From positions 42,594,001 to 42,658,000 of the forward strand of contig NC_047019.1 in assembly GCF_902652985.1 (NCBI RefSeq): a DNA stretch of 64,000 nt, read 5' to 3'. Below, piece by piece: positions 50,101 to 64,000 of this stretch. Origin of the DNA: Pecten maximus. Its lineage: Eukaryota. The notes beneath the pieces were generated by a model. That model saw only the letters and a list, made by a program, of their open reading frames with translations. It was not told where the DNA came from and did no database searches. Each line of letters opens with the position of its first letter. Within the stretch, counting starts at the first letter, position 1. The translations under genes were made by a program, and so were the position numbers.

Positions 50101-53100
50101 CATTCAAATACCAAGGATTGGTACGTATTGTATCTATTTATTATTTGGTAAAGTCATTACTTTTTGTGTTATTTAGAATTTGAATGTGTTAATTCCAATT
50201 GAATTTACTACATTATTGTTGTAATGTATTGAAATTGGTGGGGTATACATACTTCACCTTCATTTCACTTTTGCCTATGGTTATGAGAGCATGGCTAGTC
50301 TTGTCTTGCAGCTGCTACCGAGTATGAAAGCGTATACATAAGGTCATTGGCAAAATCAAGGTCATTTTAGATGGTTGTTTCATATAAGGGTCCACTGTAT
50401 ACCATTACTCACCTCTTCTCATGATTTCTTCATGATCATCAGCCAGACTTTGTTGAGTAGGAACATGAAGATGGCAAGTAGGAGCAGAAACAGAAATAAC
50501 AAATTAAACATCTATGTATCTGGAAAAGACTCTACTGGCTGGACGACACTGCATTGAGTTCATCCATAGACATTCATATTGGTTCATGATGATGTGGGAA
50601 AGTTAGAGATTACCTGTCATCAGTGGGTAATTTCCTGGTTTTGATTGAAATTATAAAAGAGTTCTGGCTCTGGTATTGATTCTCGCATTATTAGCCCACC
50701 ATCATTAGATAATGGGCTATTCAAATGGTCCGTAAACAATCCTTGTTATCATTATTTTATGAAAAGTACCAGAGGGATATTCCTCAAACTTCATGTGTAG
50801 GTTCCTCTTGGTCCCTAGTTGTGCCATTTGAAGTAAGATTTTTGATCAGAAAAAATAAAATGGCCCACAGGTGGCAATCTTGGATTTTGAGAATTGAAGT
50901 TTGTCTTCACTATATGTCTAGTAGTATTTCTGAAACTTTATGTGTAGGGGATGTTCCCCTTGGTCCCCAGTTATGCCAATTGAATTTGGATTTTTGATAA
51001 AAAAACCACTAAATGGCTGATAGATGTCCATCAAGGATTTTAAGAATCGATGTTTGTCATCACTCTTTCTTTAAAAGTTCTTGAGGGATATTCCTCAAAC
51101 TTCATGTGTAGGTGTCTTGGTCCTTAGTTGTGCCTTATGAATTTAGATTTTGGATCAGAAAAGCAAAATGGCTGACAGACGGCCATCTTGGATTTTGATA
51201 ATTGAAGTTTGTTATCACTATTTCTTGAAAAGTACTGGAGGGATATTATCAGATTAGTAAGAGAAAAAAAAGAAAGAAGTGAAAAGTAGAGAGAAGATCA
51301 GTCTGAAATAGAACCAATAAAGATCATTCATTGGTGGGTGCCAAGACCCTTCTGGGATCTCCTGTATCATCATTAGGGTATAGATTCCATCATTCAATAT
51401 ATTTTTGTTAATATATGATATTTATATATATATATATATGTGTAACAGAAACAAAGAGTCTGAGAAACTTCCATGTGAAGAAGCTAGCCCTATGACTAAA
51501 TAATGTTGATGATTTGTCATTCCCTCGTGGCGAGCTGGCAAGGGATCTCTACCGACTTCATAGCGGTCCAATTATTCTTAAACCTCATACACTTACAGCC
51601 ATCATCTTTTGTACGAGTTTGCATTTCAATCACATGGAGTCAAATGAAGCCACTGATGTATGCTATTAATTGATCGTCTACTACCAACTTTATTAATGAT
51701 CCAATTTTCCTGAAACTTCTTACACTTACTCACAATTACCATCATATCTCTGTACAAGTTTGTGTTTTAACCACTTTGTTTAAAAAATTGGTCATTGTTA
51801 CTGTGATAGAGTTTCACCATCCTCACTCTAAAGACTTCATTAATGATACCATTTTTCCTGAATCTTCATGCACTGACTCACAATGCAATTCTATCATCTC
51901 TTTACAAGTTGGCATTTCAACCATTAGTGGTAAAAAATGAGGTCAATGATGTTACAATTAAAATTTTTAGGTCAATGGTCTGCCAACTTCAATAATGACC
52001 TAATTTTCCTGAAACTTCATACCATACTCTTTACAACTGTCATTTTTGTAGGAAATTGAATTTCAGCCACCTGGGGTCTAATTGAGGTCAGTGCTACTAT
52101 AAATAGATTGTCAACATCCTCTCTCTACCAACTTTCATTAATTACCTGATTGTCTTGATCAGAAATTTAATACACTTGTACAGCCATCACTTGTTGCTTA
52201 AGTTAAGGTTTCACCCACCTGGGCTTAAAATTGAGGGATCATCCTTTGTACAAGGTTTCACCCACCTGGGACCAAAATTGAGTCCATTAATTATTGTTAC
52301 CGGTAATATAACTAGATTTCTAATGTTCTTGCTCTACAAACTTCATTAATTTTCTCACAGTCCTGGAAGCTTAAGTCTTACCCCATTTTACTTGCAACCA
52401 TCATACTTTGGGCAAATTTAGGTTTTAGTCTCCTCGGGTAAAAATTGCTGATAGTCTTGATCTGCTACTATAAATAGATGTTCAACATCCTTACTCTACT
52501 AGGATTGAAATTGAAGTTGCTTTTACTTTTACCTTCATCATCCTCGCTCTACCAGTCTTGTTAATTTTCAAACTCTTGCTCAAAAATATTATCAGTTGTT
52601 ATGCTATTTAATAGTGTTTTTGTGAGCAACATATTTAGTGAAGAGAACATTATTATCTTTTTCTTGTATAGGTCAATGTTGAATAGCAACAGGATTTGTG
52701 TCACTTAAAGTATACAAGAAATCAGAATTTCAATCAAAGATGTGCAGGACATTTAACTTTTCTTACACTCTTCTATGATGAAATATTTTGTCATATCCTA
52801 ACCTGGACTAATGAATATGCCAACAAGCACAGTTGTGGTTGAATGAAAGACTTGGGAAATGTACATGTAGTGTCCCAAAACTGGCAGCCATATCATGTCT
52901 ACATGATTGTCAGATGATAATACATGATGATGTGTTATGTACATGATATACTGGTCGTTCGATATCTACCTATAACATTTATAGTCTAGGGGGAAGTAAC
53001 TTTTCCGGATATTGTCAGGGCATCCATTAACCCGAGACCTCGGGTCAAAGACGTAGCAAAATTTAATTTGACGCACGACTTTTGCATGCCATGCGTCAAT

Positions 53101-56100
53101 CTGATGCTTCACATTTTGACCACCACTGTAATTAGTCTATGTGTTGTCCAATACCCAGGCTTAACAAAGGGTATATTTGCTATGGTCAGAGACACTAATT
53201 AGTAGAATACCCCAAGGAGTCAATTAAAAGAGCCACTCAACTGTGACTAATCCAACTGTTGCTGCTGATTGCCAAATTGGGGCACAGGTGAAGTATCCAC
53301 TGTACCTACCTGTAGTGGCCGATCTGCACTTTGTTCTAAGCAATAACATTTAAATGATTGAAATAAGTAAGCTATAGAAGAGTCCCATCCCAACAAATAA
53401 ATGTAACATATGTTTTTGATAACTTCTAAGTATGTACATAACAAGAATGAGATCGTAAGCAGGCCTAGTTTGCAGCATGCCAACACAGGCGACAGCCATT
53501 TTGTTGTTAACCTGAATAACCTTACATGACCTCGATCTGCAGTTCATTTGAAAGGGTGGGAAGCGTAAATCATTCATGTTACATTTTGGCGGCAAATATG
53601 ATAACAGGATTAGCATACAAAAATTACCTCTAGAGGCTGAGCAGATTAAAAAAAAGATAAAAAAAAATAAAAAGATGGTTTTACAAATTATGCTTAACCA
53701 ATGTAACACATTTAAACATAATTTCAGCAAGAAAACTGTGATACAAGTCTTTTTGTTAAAAGAAATTTATTTCAGTTATTCAAATTAAATAAAAAAAAAT
53801 AATTATGTTTTAATTGTACTTAATTCAAACAAAAAAAATACATTGTATAATTAAAAGAAAAGTGTAAATTTTAAAAATACTTTTATTTATTTAATAAAAA
53901 CACATATTAGATAATAAATTAAGATGAACTAAATTCTTTTGAATATAATTTTTGAAAAAAGACATTTTTATCAGTTTGCATTTGGAAACGATTAACCGTC
54001 AAGTTTGAGAATTTCACATTTTGACTCTCAGGATTTTGATTTGACTCTCAGGATTTCAGAGCTGAGGGTCACTGACTCTTGAGATTTTAATCCTACTGGA
54101 TGCCCTGTATTGTGTTTGATTTTATATTTCGTTTTATTAGTTTGTCCTGATAAATGTATCCGTTAAATGTTTTTGTTGGTTGTTATTATTGTTGGAGAAA
54201 ATGGAGTAAAATAAAAATGATGTACCTTATGATAGTAAATCCACACGTACATGTTTTAGAAGGAAAACCTCTCAGCCAAGCCCCCCCATGGTCATGCATG
54301 GTAAAATGCAAAATCAATTCATCATCACATTTTTTTCCTGAAAAGTCTCAAAAAGCCCAAGGTCATGATATTATTAGGGCAGTATATGTAACTGTAGCTA
54401 ATTAGCTATATATAGCTATGCTTGGATAAATGGCTATCTAATGACCATATGCATGTTGTCCTACATTCAAGTCACAGGCTAGGGATCAAATGTGATAAAA
54501 ATCTTTTATACAATTTAAACAAATTCTCAATAACCAAGGAGCCAATAAGGTCATCATATTGGTTGTAGTATGCTTTGATGATGTTAAAAAGATATGATTT
54601 GCTCAAATAAACCTACTTTCATGGTTGCAGGGGTCAATAGATCTTCTTAATAAAGAATTTATCCTAGAGTGGAACGATAAATCATGTGCACACATGTACA
54701 TGTACATACAGATAAAAATTGATATTCTGCATTATAAATGTAAACAGTGCAGTATATTGTTTATAGTAATCTTATGACCCATATAATTATAAGTTTCTTC
54801 TCAATAACCAAGTATTTCAGCATCATGTTATCAGACTAGTTGCATACTAGGATATATATACCTATAAAAATTCCAATTGTTGTCTAAATTCTTTTGGTTA
54901 TGAAATAGATTTACAGTGTTGATTTTCCTTTATGATTAACGGAAACACTAAGCTAGTGTACCAGTATTTTGTAGGTAAAATAAATAATTTATAGCTTGCA
55001 CACATATATAACTGTTTAATTGTGATCATTGGGCTTTTGCAATATATTGCATTTAAAAATTGGCACCAATACCCAGCGCTTTTATCTAACTAGCCATCCA
55101 AGTTATGTTGAAAGAAAATTATTAAGTGCACTGTATGCTTTACATTATAACAAACCTCATATTCTCATTCAGAGGACTCAAGTGGTCTTATAAGAACACT
55201 GAAAACATCTTTGGTGTAACCATAAAATCAGCATCTGGATGACATTACAAAACATATAGCTTTGTTACTCAACTAAGTATATATCTATGTGTCTAAAAAA
55301 AAATTTAAGTGTAGGGGTAGATGATGTAAATCTAATTCTCCTCTATTCTATTTTTAACTTGGTCAAACACAGCCAGAGTTGCAATAGCTTCATAATGCAA
55401 ATAAATCACCTAATTAGTGTTTGATATGATGCATTTTATTTGCATTTCCAATAATGATGTGCTTTAAAATTTGTAGTTGCAAACTCCTAAAAGCCCACAA
55501 AGTATACAAAATAGTGGGGGAAATACAAACTTGCACACAAAATTTGAAAAATAATGTGATGAATAGTCCAATCTGAATCACTTGAGTTAGGTATGCATGT
55601 ACAGTACAATGTAGCTAGCTATAGGTACATTGTAAAAGAACATATAATATCTTATTTTGTTGGGAGTTGAATTGAAACTTGAAGGGGAATGATATGGCAA
55701 AAGGGGCTATAGATTTGTACTGTTTCTCCTTCATCTTTAAGGCCTAAAGATGTTTAGTTCTTCATCTACAAAGCCTAAAGATATTTTGAACTGTTTCTCA
55801 TTCATTTTAAATAAATTTAGAAGGCATCTAGGTTAATTGTAAGGAAAATACTGTACTGTTAGATTATTTGTTAGATATCTCCAGGTTTTTTACCAATGGA
55901 GTTCATGTTGTTTTGTTTTTCTTTGCAGGCTTTTTCAGTGTTCTTTGTGTGTATCGCAGTAACTTCAGATGTCATTTGCTACCTCTTTATTCCTGTACAG
56001 TGGCTATTCTTTGCGGCCAGTACATATGTTTGGGTACAATATGTATGGCATACAGGTAAGCTATGATTGATACTCGTTGAATAAATTCAAAGATATGACC

Positions 56101-59100
56101 TGCTTTTCTATGTAGCTACATTTGCATTATTGAATACATGTATTAATACAGTTTAATCAGTTAGATATATACAATTGATCTGTTTATCAGGCTGTTCGTC
56201 TTGATTTATGCATAATTTAGTAATATTAGTAGTATGTCCTGTGAATCCAATGAAATCGGAGGAATACAGGTGTTGCATAACTTCAAAGTATGCTATAGTA
56301 CACGTCATAATCATCAGTCCCAAAAGATAAGTGTAATTTGAAACCTTGTGTTACTTTTGAACATACTGGATTACATGTGTGGTCTTCACTCAATCTCTGT
56401 TGTTGAGGCCACTAAGAGACATATTTGTCTGCTAAAATCAATCGAATTATAGTGTAGGCAACATCTGTAGAACATGCAGCAGAAAGGCCCCGGATTGTCA
56501 TTGATTTCTTTGGATAAACCTAAGGTGAAAAGGTCAGCACAGTAGTGCTCCTAACAGTAACCAGCGGCAACACATTCATCTCTATAATTAGAGACGAGAT
56601 TGTTGTACAAAAACCAGGATGCATTGCCATCCATGTTGTTTTCTAGTATCTAATTAATATAAATAATGACCATATTGGCATTACCAGTAAATTGGGAATT
56701 GCACAAGCCGTGTTTATCACCTAACATTTATTTCAATGGATAGAAGATATATCCATCATCTGCTTCATCAGGAATTAATACAGGTTACTGAAAACTTATG
56801 TCTCAGATTTTTTATGTGTCATGTCATCTTCCATAGTTCAGTTTACTCAAGATGATAAATTATTCTATTTTCATAAAACTTGTGCACAATTTGAACACAA
56901 TTGAACATGTGATTAATTTGATTTGTTGATGGTTTCCTGCACAGTAGCTTGGTAAACTACCCCAATACTTTTATGAAACTTTAACTTACATACACATGTA
57001 TGTATCTTATATACAAATAAAAGGGCTGTCCATTGAATTTAATTAAATATCCAAATATATTAGAATGTCTTAATTTTACTCTGTGACTTCTGGGGTTATT
57101 CTCTCTGTGAAGCAACTTTGTGTATTTGATATATGAATGTATACATTTTAATTTTGTAATTTTGGTTCCAAAAGTATAAGGAAAACAGTTTTGAAGTTCA
57201 TTACCTGAAGAAAGATGACTTGACAAACAAAGCTTCTTCCATAATGATACATGTGAAAAAGATAATTCAACTGGCTAATTTCATATCAGTTTGAAAAGAA
57301 GAAAAAACAGTTTTGATTTCTTTCTACTAATCTCAACAACAGGTAGATCATGTTAAATTTGATAGTAGAATATTAGCTTAATCAAAGCAAAAATATAGTT
57401 AAATTTGATAGTAGAATATTAGATTAATCAAAGCGAAAATATAGTATACTATTCAGTTTCCAAAAAGTGTCTAATTTAGATTGGAATTACATATACTGTA
57501 AAATGAAATAATTCATTTCTCTGTATGTAGGCATTTCATTTGTTATTTATGTACAATCTTACATTTTAAGTATATTTAAAATGAGGACCCTTAATTATAA
57601 GTTTGCTTAATATCCAAAATATTTTAACTTTGTCTGCTTTAATTATTGTCATACCACAATTTGAAAGGACTGCGTAGTAATTATAATTTGGAATTGGTAA
57701 AGCTTGAAATCCATGTCTCATGGCTATTTTCTCTGAATTTTATAATGCAAACTTGAAGTATTAATTCAGTGCAATGTCATTGTAAATGAAGAATTCATCC
57801 AATTTGCTATTTTCCAAGAGGGTGTATTATTCTTGTAATTGATGGATACAGGCCTATGTATGCTGTATATTTTTATGGAAGACTGGAAGAGGCCGCTCCC
57901 TACTTCTGATATCAATTAAAGACCATCCAAAATTCCAAATACATTGTACTGACAAAAATCTGCATTTGCTAAAAAGATTTTTTAATACAAATTTTTAAAG
58001 TTTCAAAACACGGACAGCATATTAATGTCTTTTTTCCCGGTCAGTTTTTAGTAATATCAAAACATGTTTACATTTTCATACCTTTAAAATTTGATTTGAT
58101 TATATTCAGAAATTTCTGTAGAAAGCCCAGGTAGGGCATCAACTCCTTTTTACATGCATAACTGTATAGAGTCATTACTTTTTATTTTGCAGAAAGAGGA
58201 ATTTGTCTTCCTACAGTATCACTATGGTTGCTGTTTGTATACATAGAGGCTTCTGTCAGACTGAGGGAGTTCAAAAGTTTACCATTTAATTTAGATCTCT
58301 GTAGACCATTCGCTGCTCATTGGTAAGAATTGCTGTTGATATCACATCTTTACTCAAATTGAAATCAAATATTGTAAACTCATTATCTGTAGAAAATATC
58401 TTCAAAATAATAAACAATTCATTTAACTGTAATAAAAAAAAAACTAGAAAAAACATAGAAGATACAAATGCATCGGCAGATTTATTGCAACAAAATAGAA
58501 ATTTTTTATTGAAAGTTTCGTTCAATAACCATTACCATTTACAGAGATTTTAATGTCTATAATGGGCAATGCTTGTTCTTCAATTTACAATAAAGACACA
58601 GTATAGATTTTAGATAATTGAGTAAAAACGGCTGGTTAAAACTAATCATTTTACATCCTAATAAAGTGCCATGATAGTGCCTGTCAGCTAACATCATTAC
58701 AGGAATACATTACCAGTCACTAAAGAGAACATGTATATGATTTACAGTGATATAACAATCAGTATTGATGTTGTTCAGTTTAGATCAGATCCAATGTCAT
58801 TATCTTTCTCATACACAAGGAGCGTTATGATAAATGTGCTCAGCTTTTAGCTCCTATATTCTGTGATGTTATGTTGTGTCTGCACTTTATCTGGTCGGGG
58901 CTGTCTCCTACACTTTTTGTCACTAGAACTTTATACTTAAGGAATGATGACTTCAACTAATAGGTAATGTTTAGTGTTTCATGTACCAAAACTAAGTCAC
59001 TCTGACTTACATTTTGACCTTTGACCTACATCAAAGTCAAAGTTTGTCAAAGTTTCATTTCCCACAGTACTTGTCACATGCGCTAGTACATGGTTTCACC

Positions 59101-62100
59101 TATGAGGCAGTGTGGCATGTACTAAAACAAGTCACTGAGACCTATTTTGACCTAGACCTACATCAAAGAAAAAAATCTCCAGACTGTATCTCTAACATTA
59201 TTTGTCACTGGAATTCATTCTAAGGGCAAACGTTCAGCTAGGTGAGGCAGTGTGTCATGTATCAAAAGAAAGTCACTCTGACCTACATTTTGACCTTTGA
59301 CCTACATTGAAGAAAAACAATTTGTCTTGACTTTTGTTCCTAAACAAATTTATTATCTGTGCATTTTTGGCTTATAACTTCACATCGGATGTGGACTGTA
59401 ATTTGCTGAAAATTGTCTTAAGTAAGAAAGTTTTTATTTTATGACTCCATATTAGCATTGACTGAAAATTAAACCTCACATTTATGTCTACCATGAATGA
59501 CAGAACTATGAATAATAATATAATTATATTTTACTTTCAGTATTGGTTATCCAGTTGTCACTTTAGGTTTTGGATTTAAAAGTTACATATCATACAAAAT
59601 GAGATTGGTAAGTATATTTTGATAATGTTCTGTATTTACTATTTTTTCGTTAATGGTAAATATATTTTATATTGTTCTGTATTTACTATTTTTTCTTTAA
59701 TCTCTACCTAAATTATATACATGTAGGTGAAGTATTTTATTATACCATACTGTTGTCAGTATACATGCTATTGGATACCATGTAGCATTGGTTACATCCT
59801 TTCACTAGACTCTGTTTTTGATCTGTATATTAATGCTTCTTTGCATGCAAAAATATCATCTGAGTTCACATTCTAGGGTAAAAATCAAGGTCACAATTAC
59901 CCTAAATATATAGAATTTTAGTGTTGTCATGTCATGATCATTTCTTATCCATTTATTTCTGAAACTTTGTGTACATCTACATGCAACTTTACACACAATA
60001 TGATAAATTCATAATAATTATGATAGCAAATGTTTTGATAATTCAATTAGTTATGTACATTTTTATTTTTTACAGAGAAAACAGAAAGAAGTACAGAGAC
60101 AGAATGACTTTTATATAAATTTAATACAGAAGGCTCTGCCACCAGAGCTGCAAAGCCAGTATATTGAAAAGCAAAAAGGTAAGTTCTTAGGTGAGGAGAG
60201 GAAGGTTGAACAGTGGCATATGATGTCACTAATCAAGACCAAGGTCAGCTTATGCCATACTGTGATGTCCAGCGTCTATCCATCAACAAGTGACCACAGA
60301 TCAGAATTTAACCAAATTTGGTAGAAAGCATTCCTATATGGCTGGGATTGGTGTCGTGGTGTGGCGTACGTTGTCCATCCGTCCGGCTGTCAGGTGTCAA
60401 CTTTTTCCTTTAAACAACTTCTTCTGAATATCCATGAGGCACAAAGACCTGATATTGGTCCTGTAGCATGCTGTGGTGAATGGCTACAAAGTTCAAATGA
60501 ATGACCTTGATCTACATTCAAGGTCACAGGGTCAAATTGGCTAAAATCTTTAAACAACTTCTTCTCTATAACCAAAAGGCCCAGTGACTTGATATTAGGC
60601 CTGTAGCATGCTTGGGTGAAGGGCTGCAGAGCTTGTTTAAATGAAAGACCTTGACCTATATTCAAGGTCACATGAGTCAGATTTGCTTAATTCTTTACTG
60701 GATGATTTTTCCATAGCCAAGAGCCCTGATATTAGGCAAATGGCGTGCTGGAATGAAAGATTAAAAAAATTATTGACTTGAATAAACCTAGTCTACTCTG
60801 ATATTTGAATAAAGTGGTAATCAGCATAGTTTCTACTGAAATGACCTAGATCAACTTCAAAGTTGCTGTATAACCAGGTGAGCGATACAGGCCCATTGGG
60901 CCTCTTGTTTACACAGTAATTGTATGATTTTCTGTTATCCTGATACAGGATAACAGCGTATTAGTGCTTATGGGCAGTAAGGACATTCTATACAGGATTA
61001 CAGTGTATTGGTGTGTGTGGGCTGTAGGGATGTACTACACAGGATTACAATGTATTTGTTTGTGTGGGCCACAGGGACATTATATACAGGATTACAATGT
61101 TTTAATGTGTGTGGGCCGTAGGGACGTACTACACAGGATTGCAATGTATTAGTGTGTTGGGGCTGTAGGGATGTACTACACAGGATTTTTGAAAATAGTG
61201 TGTTATTGTGTGTGGGCCGTAAGGACATTCTATACAAGATTACAATGTATTTGTTTGTGTGGACCATAGGGACATTCTATACAAGATTAAAATGTATTAG
61301 TGTGTGTGGGATGTATGGATGTACTACACAGGATTACAATCTATTTGTTAGTGTGGGCCATAGGGACATTCTATACAGGATTACAATGTATTTGTTTGTG
61401 GGGGCTGTAGGGACGTACTACACAGGATTACAATGTATTTGTTGGTGTGGGCCATAGGGACATTCTATACAGGATTACAATGTATTTGTTTGTGGGGGCT
61501 GTAGGGACGTACTACACAGGATTACAGTGTATTAGTGGGGGCCATGGGGATATTCTATACAGGATTACAATGTATTTGTTTGTGGGGGCTGTAGGGACGT
61601 ACTACACAGGATTACAGTGTATTAGTGGGGGCCATGGGGATATTCTATACAGGATTAGTGTATTGGTGTTTGGGGACATTCTGCATGTTAACATATTTGA
61701 ATATTAAGGGGAAGTGATCATGATGAAACAGCAACTATGAGTTAAAAATTGTGACAGTAAAAATATTTGCGTTTTCAGCTTTACCATCAAAATCAGAGGA
61801 GGATGTAATCTCAAATGGTGTGGCAGGTGGGAAAAAGTCGGGCAGACACGATGATGAAAAAGAAATAAAGCGCCCAAACAAAGTCGTAGATGAGAATGAA
61901 GATGACAACATAGAATTTATAGAGCAAAGTTTACCAAAGAATTCGTCCAAAGCAGATGTCAATAGCTTTGATGAAATTGCTGACAATATATCCAATGACC
62001 AACAGAGTAAATTCAGATCATCAAATAGTATTAGCAAGACACAAGTCAGTAAGCTGAATACAAGCAAGGAAAGCAACAAAAAAGGCAAAAATTATAACAA

Positions 62101-63813
62101 AGAGGCTCCACCAGCTACATTTAGTAATAACAAAGATGAAGTCATTTTAAGGTAAGAAATCAAAGTAATTCCTTATGGCATATAGATTAGGCCACCATTA
62201 CTTCACAGATTGCCCTTCATCCTTGGTCTATCATCTATCCTTCGGACAAGTTTTATTATCCCAGAAAAGGATCATCTTGAAATTTCTCATATATTTGCTA
62301 TGGTGCCTTATTCCTGCACTTTGCAATGTGAGATTTATTAGAAACTAATTACATGACCAACAGACATCTTGGATTCTGAAAGCTAAGGTTGGTTAGACAT
62401 GTGCATATTTCTCAAAAAAAAAAAAAAAAAAAAAACAACAGGAACATCTATCTGAATGTTCCGTAGATGCCTTTTGTACATTGCAATTTGGAACATAATA
62501 CCATAAAGATGACCAAAAGGTAGCTATATCTATAGCTTGCAGCACAAGTGATGTTTTTTAAGAATGTATAGCAGAGTTCTATTTTTAAGCTGACCAGAAA
62601 TTGTGTATGGATGTTCATCTTGGATTTGGAGAGTAAAAACACTTTGTACGTTGTATTTCAAATAATGTACATTACATGGATCTTTCTAATATCTCACATT
62701 TAAGTTCTCTGCGGTTCCTGTGTCATTTTAGGTTTTGAGAGTTGTAGTTTGTACTAACTATTCTATATAATAGATTAAATAAAATCCTGTCAGACTGAAA
62801 GAAGAATTTCACACAATTTTTAATAGCATTTTACCTCAGGATTTATTTACTATTGGTATTATTTTCAATATATGATAAACAGGTCAGATATAAACTTTGC
62901 CCTATTGAATATCATATAATAGTTAGTGCAAAGATTCTGATTGGATCTGTGCTTAGAACCATTAAATATCGTATAATAGTGTGTGCATATTTAATATTTG
63001 TATGATGCATATTATTCATTAAACTTGTTTCATACCATATTGATTTTATTTGCAGACTGGAGAGCGATATTAAAAAAATGAAAGTAGACCTCCAGACAAG
63101 TCGAAATTGTGAACAGGAACTTCGAACACAGATAGGCTCTTTTATGGGTGGTGAAAAATCCATGAGATCCGAACTTTACCAGTTACAGGAAGATAATGAA
63201 AGTCTTCAAAATAAGTATGTATTTCAGTAAACACAATATTGACGATGAAAAGTTTAATGTATTTTCTGCAGTTTCGCTCAGCCACTTCTTTTTTCAGCTA
63301 TAGTGTATCTGTATACCGTGACTTATCACCGTTCTGTAATAAAACAAGGGTATTCTTCATTTGATGTCACTTAAAGTATATTTAGTCACAATAGCATTGT
63401 ATTGTCAGAGGCAAGGGCATTATTTTTGTATTTAGAAACATAAGGTCTTTGAATTCAGTTTTGACTTGAGATGGTGAAGGGTATAGAGGATAGAAGTGTA
63501 GGTTGGGAACATTCAAAGTATTGATATTCATTGATAAAATGTGTTTTAAGATTTAAATACCACAGAATGCAATTGAGATTTGGATAGAATAAAGAGTATG
63601 TTTTGATAAGAATATTACCATTTTTTTCAGACTCCATAATCTTGTCACAAGCAGGCAGCAAGACAAACAGAGCATTATCTTACTAGAAAAGAAACTCAAT
63701 GAGGAAAGGAAAGGCAGAGCAGGAATAGAATTACAATTAACTTCAGAACGGAAAGCTAAAAAGGCAGAGGAGGCAGCTGCAGCTCGGGCAGTTGCCATGG
63801 CAGCAGCAGCCAG
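47165..63813 (+). CDS. MACO1: Macoilin (TMEM57), 5' part (9 exons; continues beyond window)
   Basis: Exons 47165-47244, 49979-50120, 55929-56055, 58193-58322, 59541-59607, 60076-60178, 61779-62151, 63056-63214, 63631-63813. Peptides MKRRNADCGKLRR, TFLYLKFL...EFRFEYLWPFWL, WLFFAASTYVWVQYVWHT, DLCRPFAAHCIGYPVVTLGFGFKSY, then coiled coil. Confidence 0.96.
50691..51365 (-). mobile_element. Second, shorter and more diverged copy of the 38569-39766 HINE-like element
   Basis: Reverse-complement matches to both termini (TTAGCCCACCATC...ATGGGCTA and AGATCATTCATTGGTGGGTGCCAAGACCCTTCTGGGATCTCCTGT), with about 3 degenerate internal units. Confidence 0.8.
51640..52570. repeat. Old degenerate repeat region, probably transposon-derived
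   Basis: Recurrent AATGA..ATTTTCCTGAAACTTC / TTCAACC...AAAA(T)TGAGGTCA motifs. Confidence 0.55.
53016..54107. mobile_element. Non-autonomous TIR DNA transposon, 1092 bp, 6-bp TSD
   Basis: TIR CAGGGCATCCATTA / TACTGGATGCCCTG (13 of 14 match), flanked by TATTGT at 53010-53015 and 54108-54113. Confidence 0.8.
60230..60910 (-). mobile_element. Non-autonomous Helentron-type (HINE-like) element, different family
   Basis: Ends CCAGGTGAGCGATACAGGCCCATTGGGCCTCTTGTT; internal repeats with TGACCTTGA..TCAAGGTCA hairpins. Related fragments lie near 12887-12916 and 29870-30140. Confidence 0.65.
60940..61685. repeat. Degenerate ~47-bp tandem repeat with alternating dimer structure
   Basis: ACAGGATTACA recurs about every 43-54 bp. 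Confidence 0.88.
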
Positions 63814-63891
63814 GTATGTCTATATACTCTTGTGTGCTGTTCAATTTAATTATAAAGCATAAATACTCTACATATTATATATATATGTTTA

Positions 63892-63978
63892 GGGGCTGTC
63901 ATAGCTTAGTCTGTTAGAGTGCTGGCAATGTAATCTCAAAACGAAGATCGGAGGTGCGAGGTTTGATGCTCCACCCAT
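63892..63978 (+). mobile_element. Degenerate tRNA-derived SINE head (or tRNA pseudogene)
   Basis: A-box-like TAGCTTAGTCTG and B-box-like GGTTTGATGC; no intact cloverleaf seen. Confidence 0.4.
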
Positions 63979-64000
63979 TCAGTTTCTGTATTTCAGGAAG

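Noticed and set aside
56720-56776. Minus-strand CTGATGA...hairpin...GAAA
   Set aside because: Seven extra nt before stem II and no credible stem I or III.

Overview
AT-rich, intron-rich animal genomic DNA, most likely a bivalve mollusc (inferred from repeat types and gene structure). Four host genes: the 3' 13 exons of exportin-4 (XPO4, +, one U12-type intron); an intronless GPR45/GPR63-like GPCR (-, N-terminus lost in a 100-N gap); a complete 16-exon CCT8 (-); and the first 9 exons of macoilin (MACO1/TMEM57, +), head-to-head with CCT8 with 209 bp between the ATGs. More than half of the first 28 kb is unrelated minisatellites, several of which have amplified real splice sites. CCT8 intron 1 carries, antisense to the host, a Helentron-type non-autonomous element, a minimal type I hammerhead ribozyme inside a 15-bp inverted repeat, and an apparently intact Ngaro-like tyrosine-recombinase retrotransposon. 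Best candidates for new biology: (i) how this element expresses its ORFs (in-frame gag UGA-CUA stop that overlaps a branch-point-like motif, phase-matched splice acceptors before both pol and YR, termini that pair better as RNA than DNA); (ii) the hammerhead; (iii) arrays of decoy splice sites in XPO4. All coordinates were read by eye and no searches were run; homology calls are from recalled vertebrate protein sequences.
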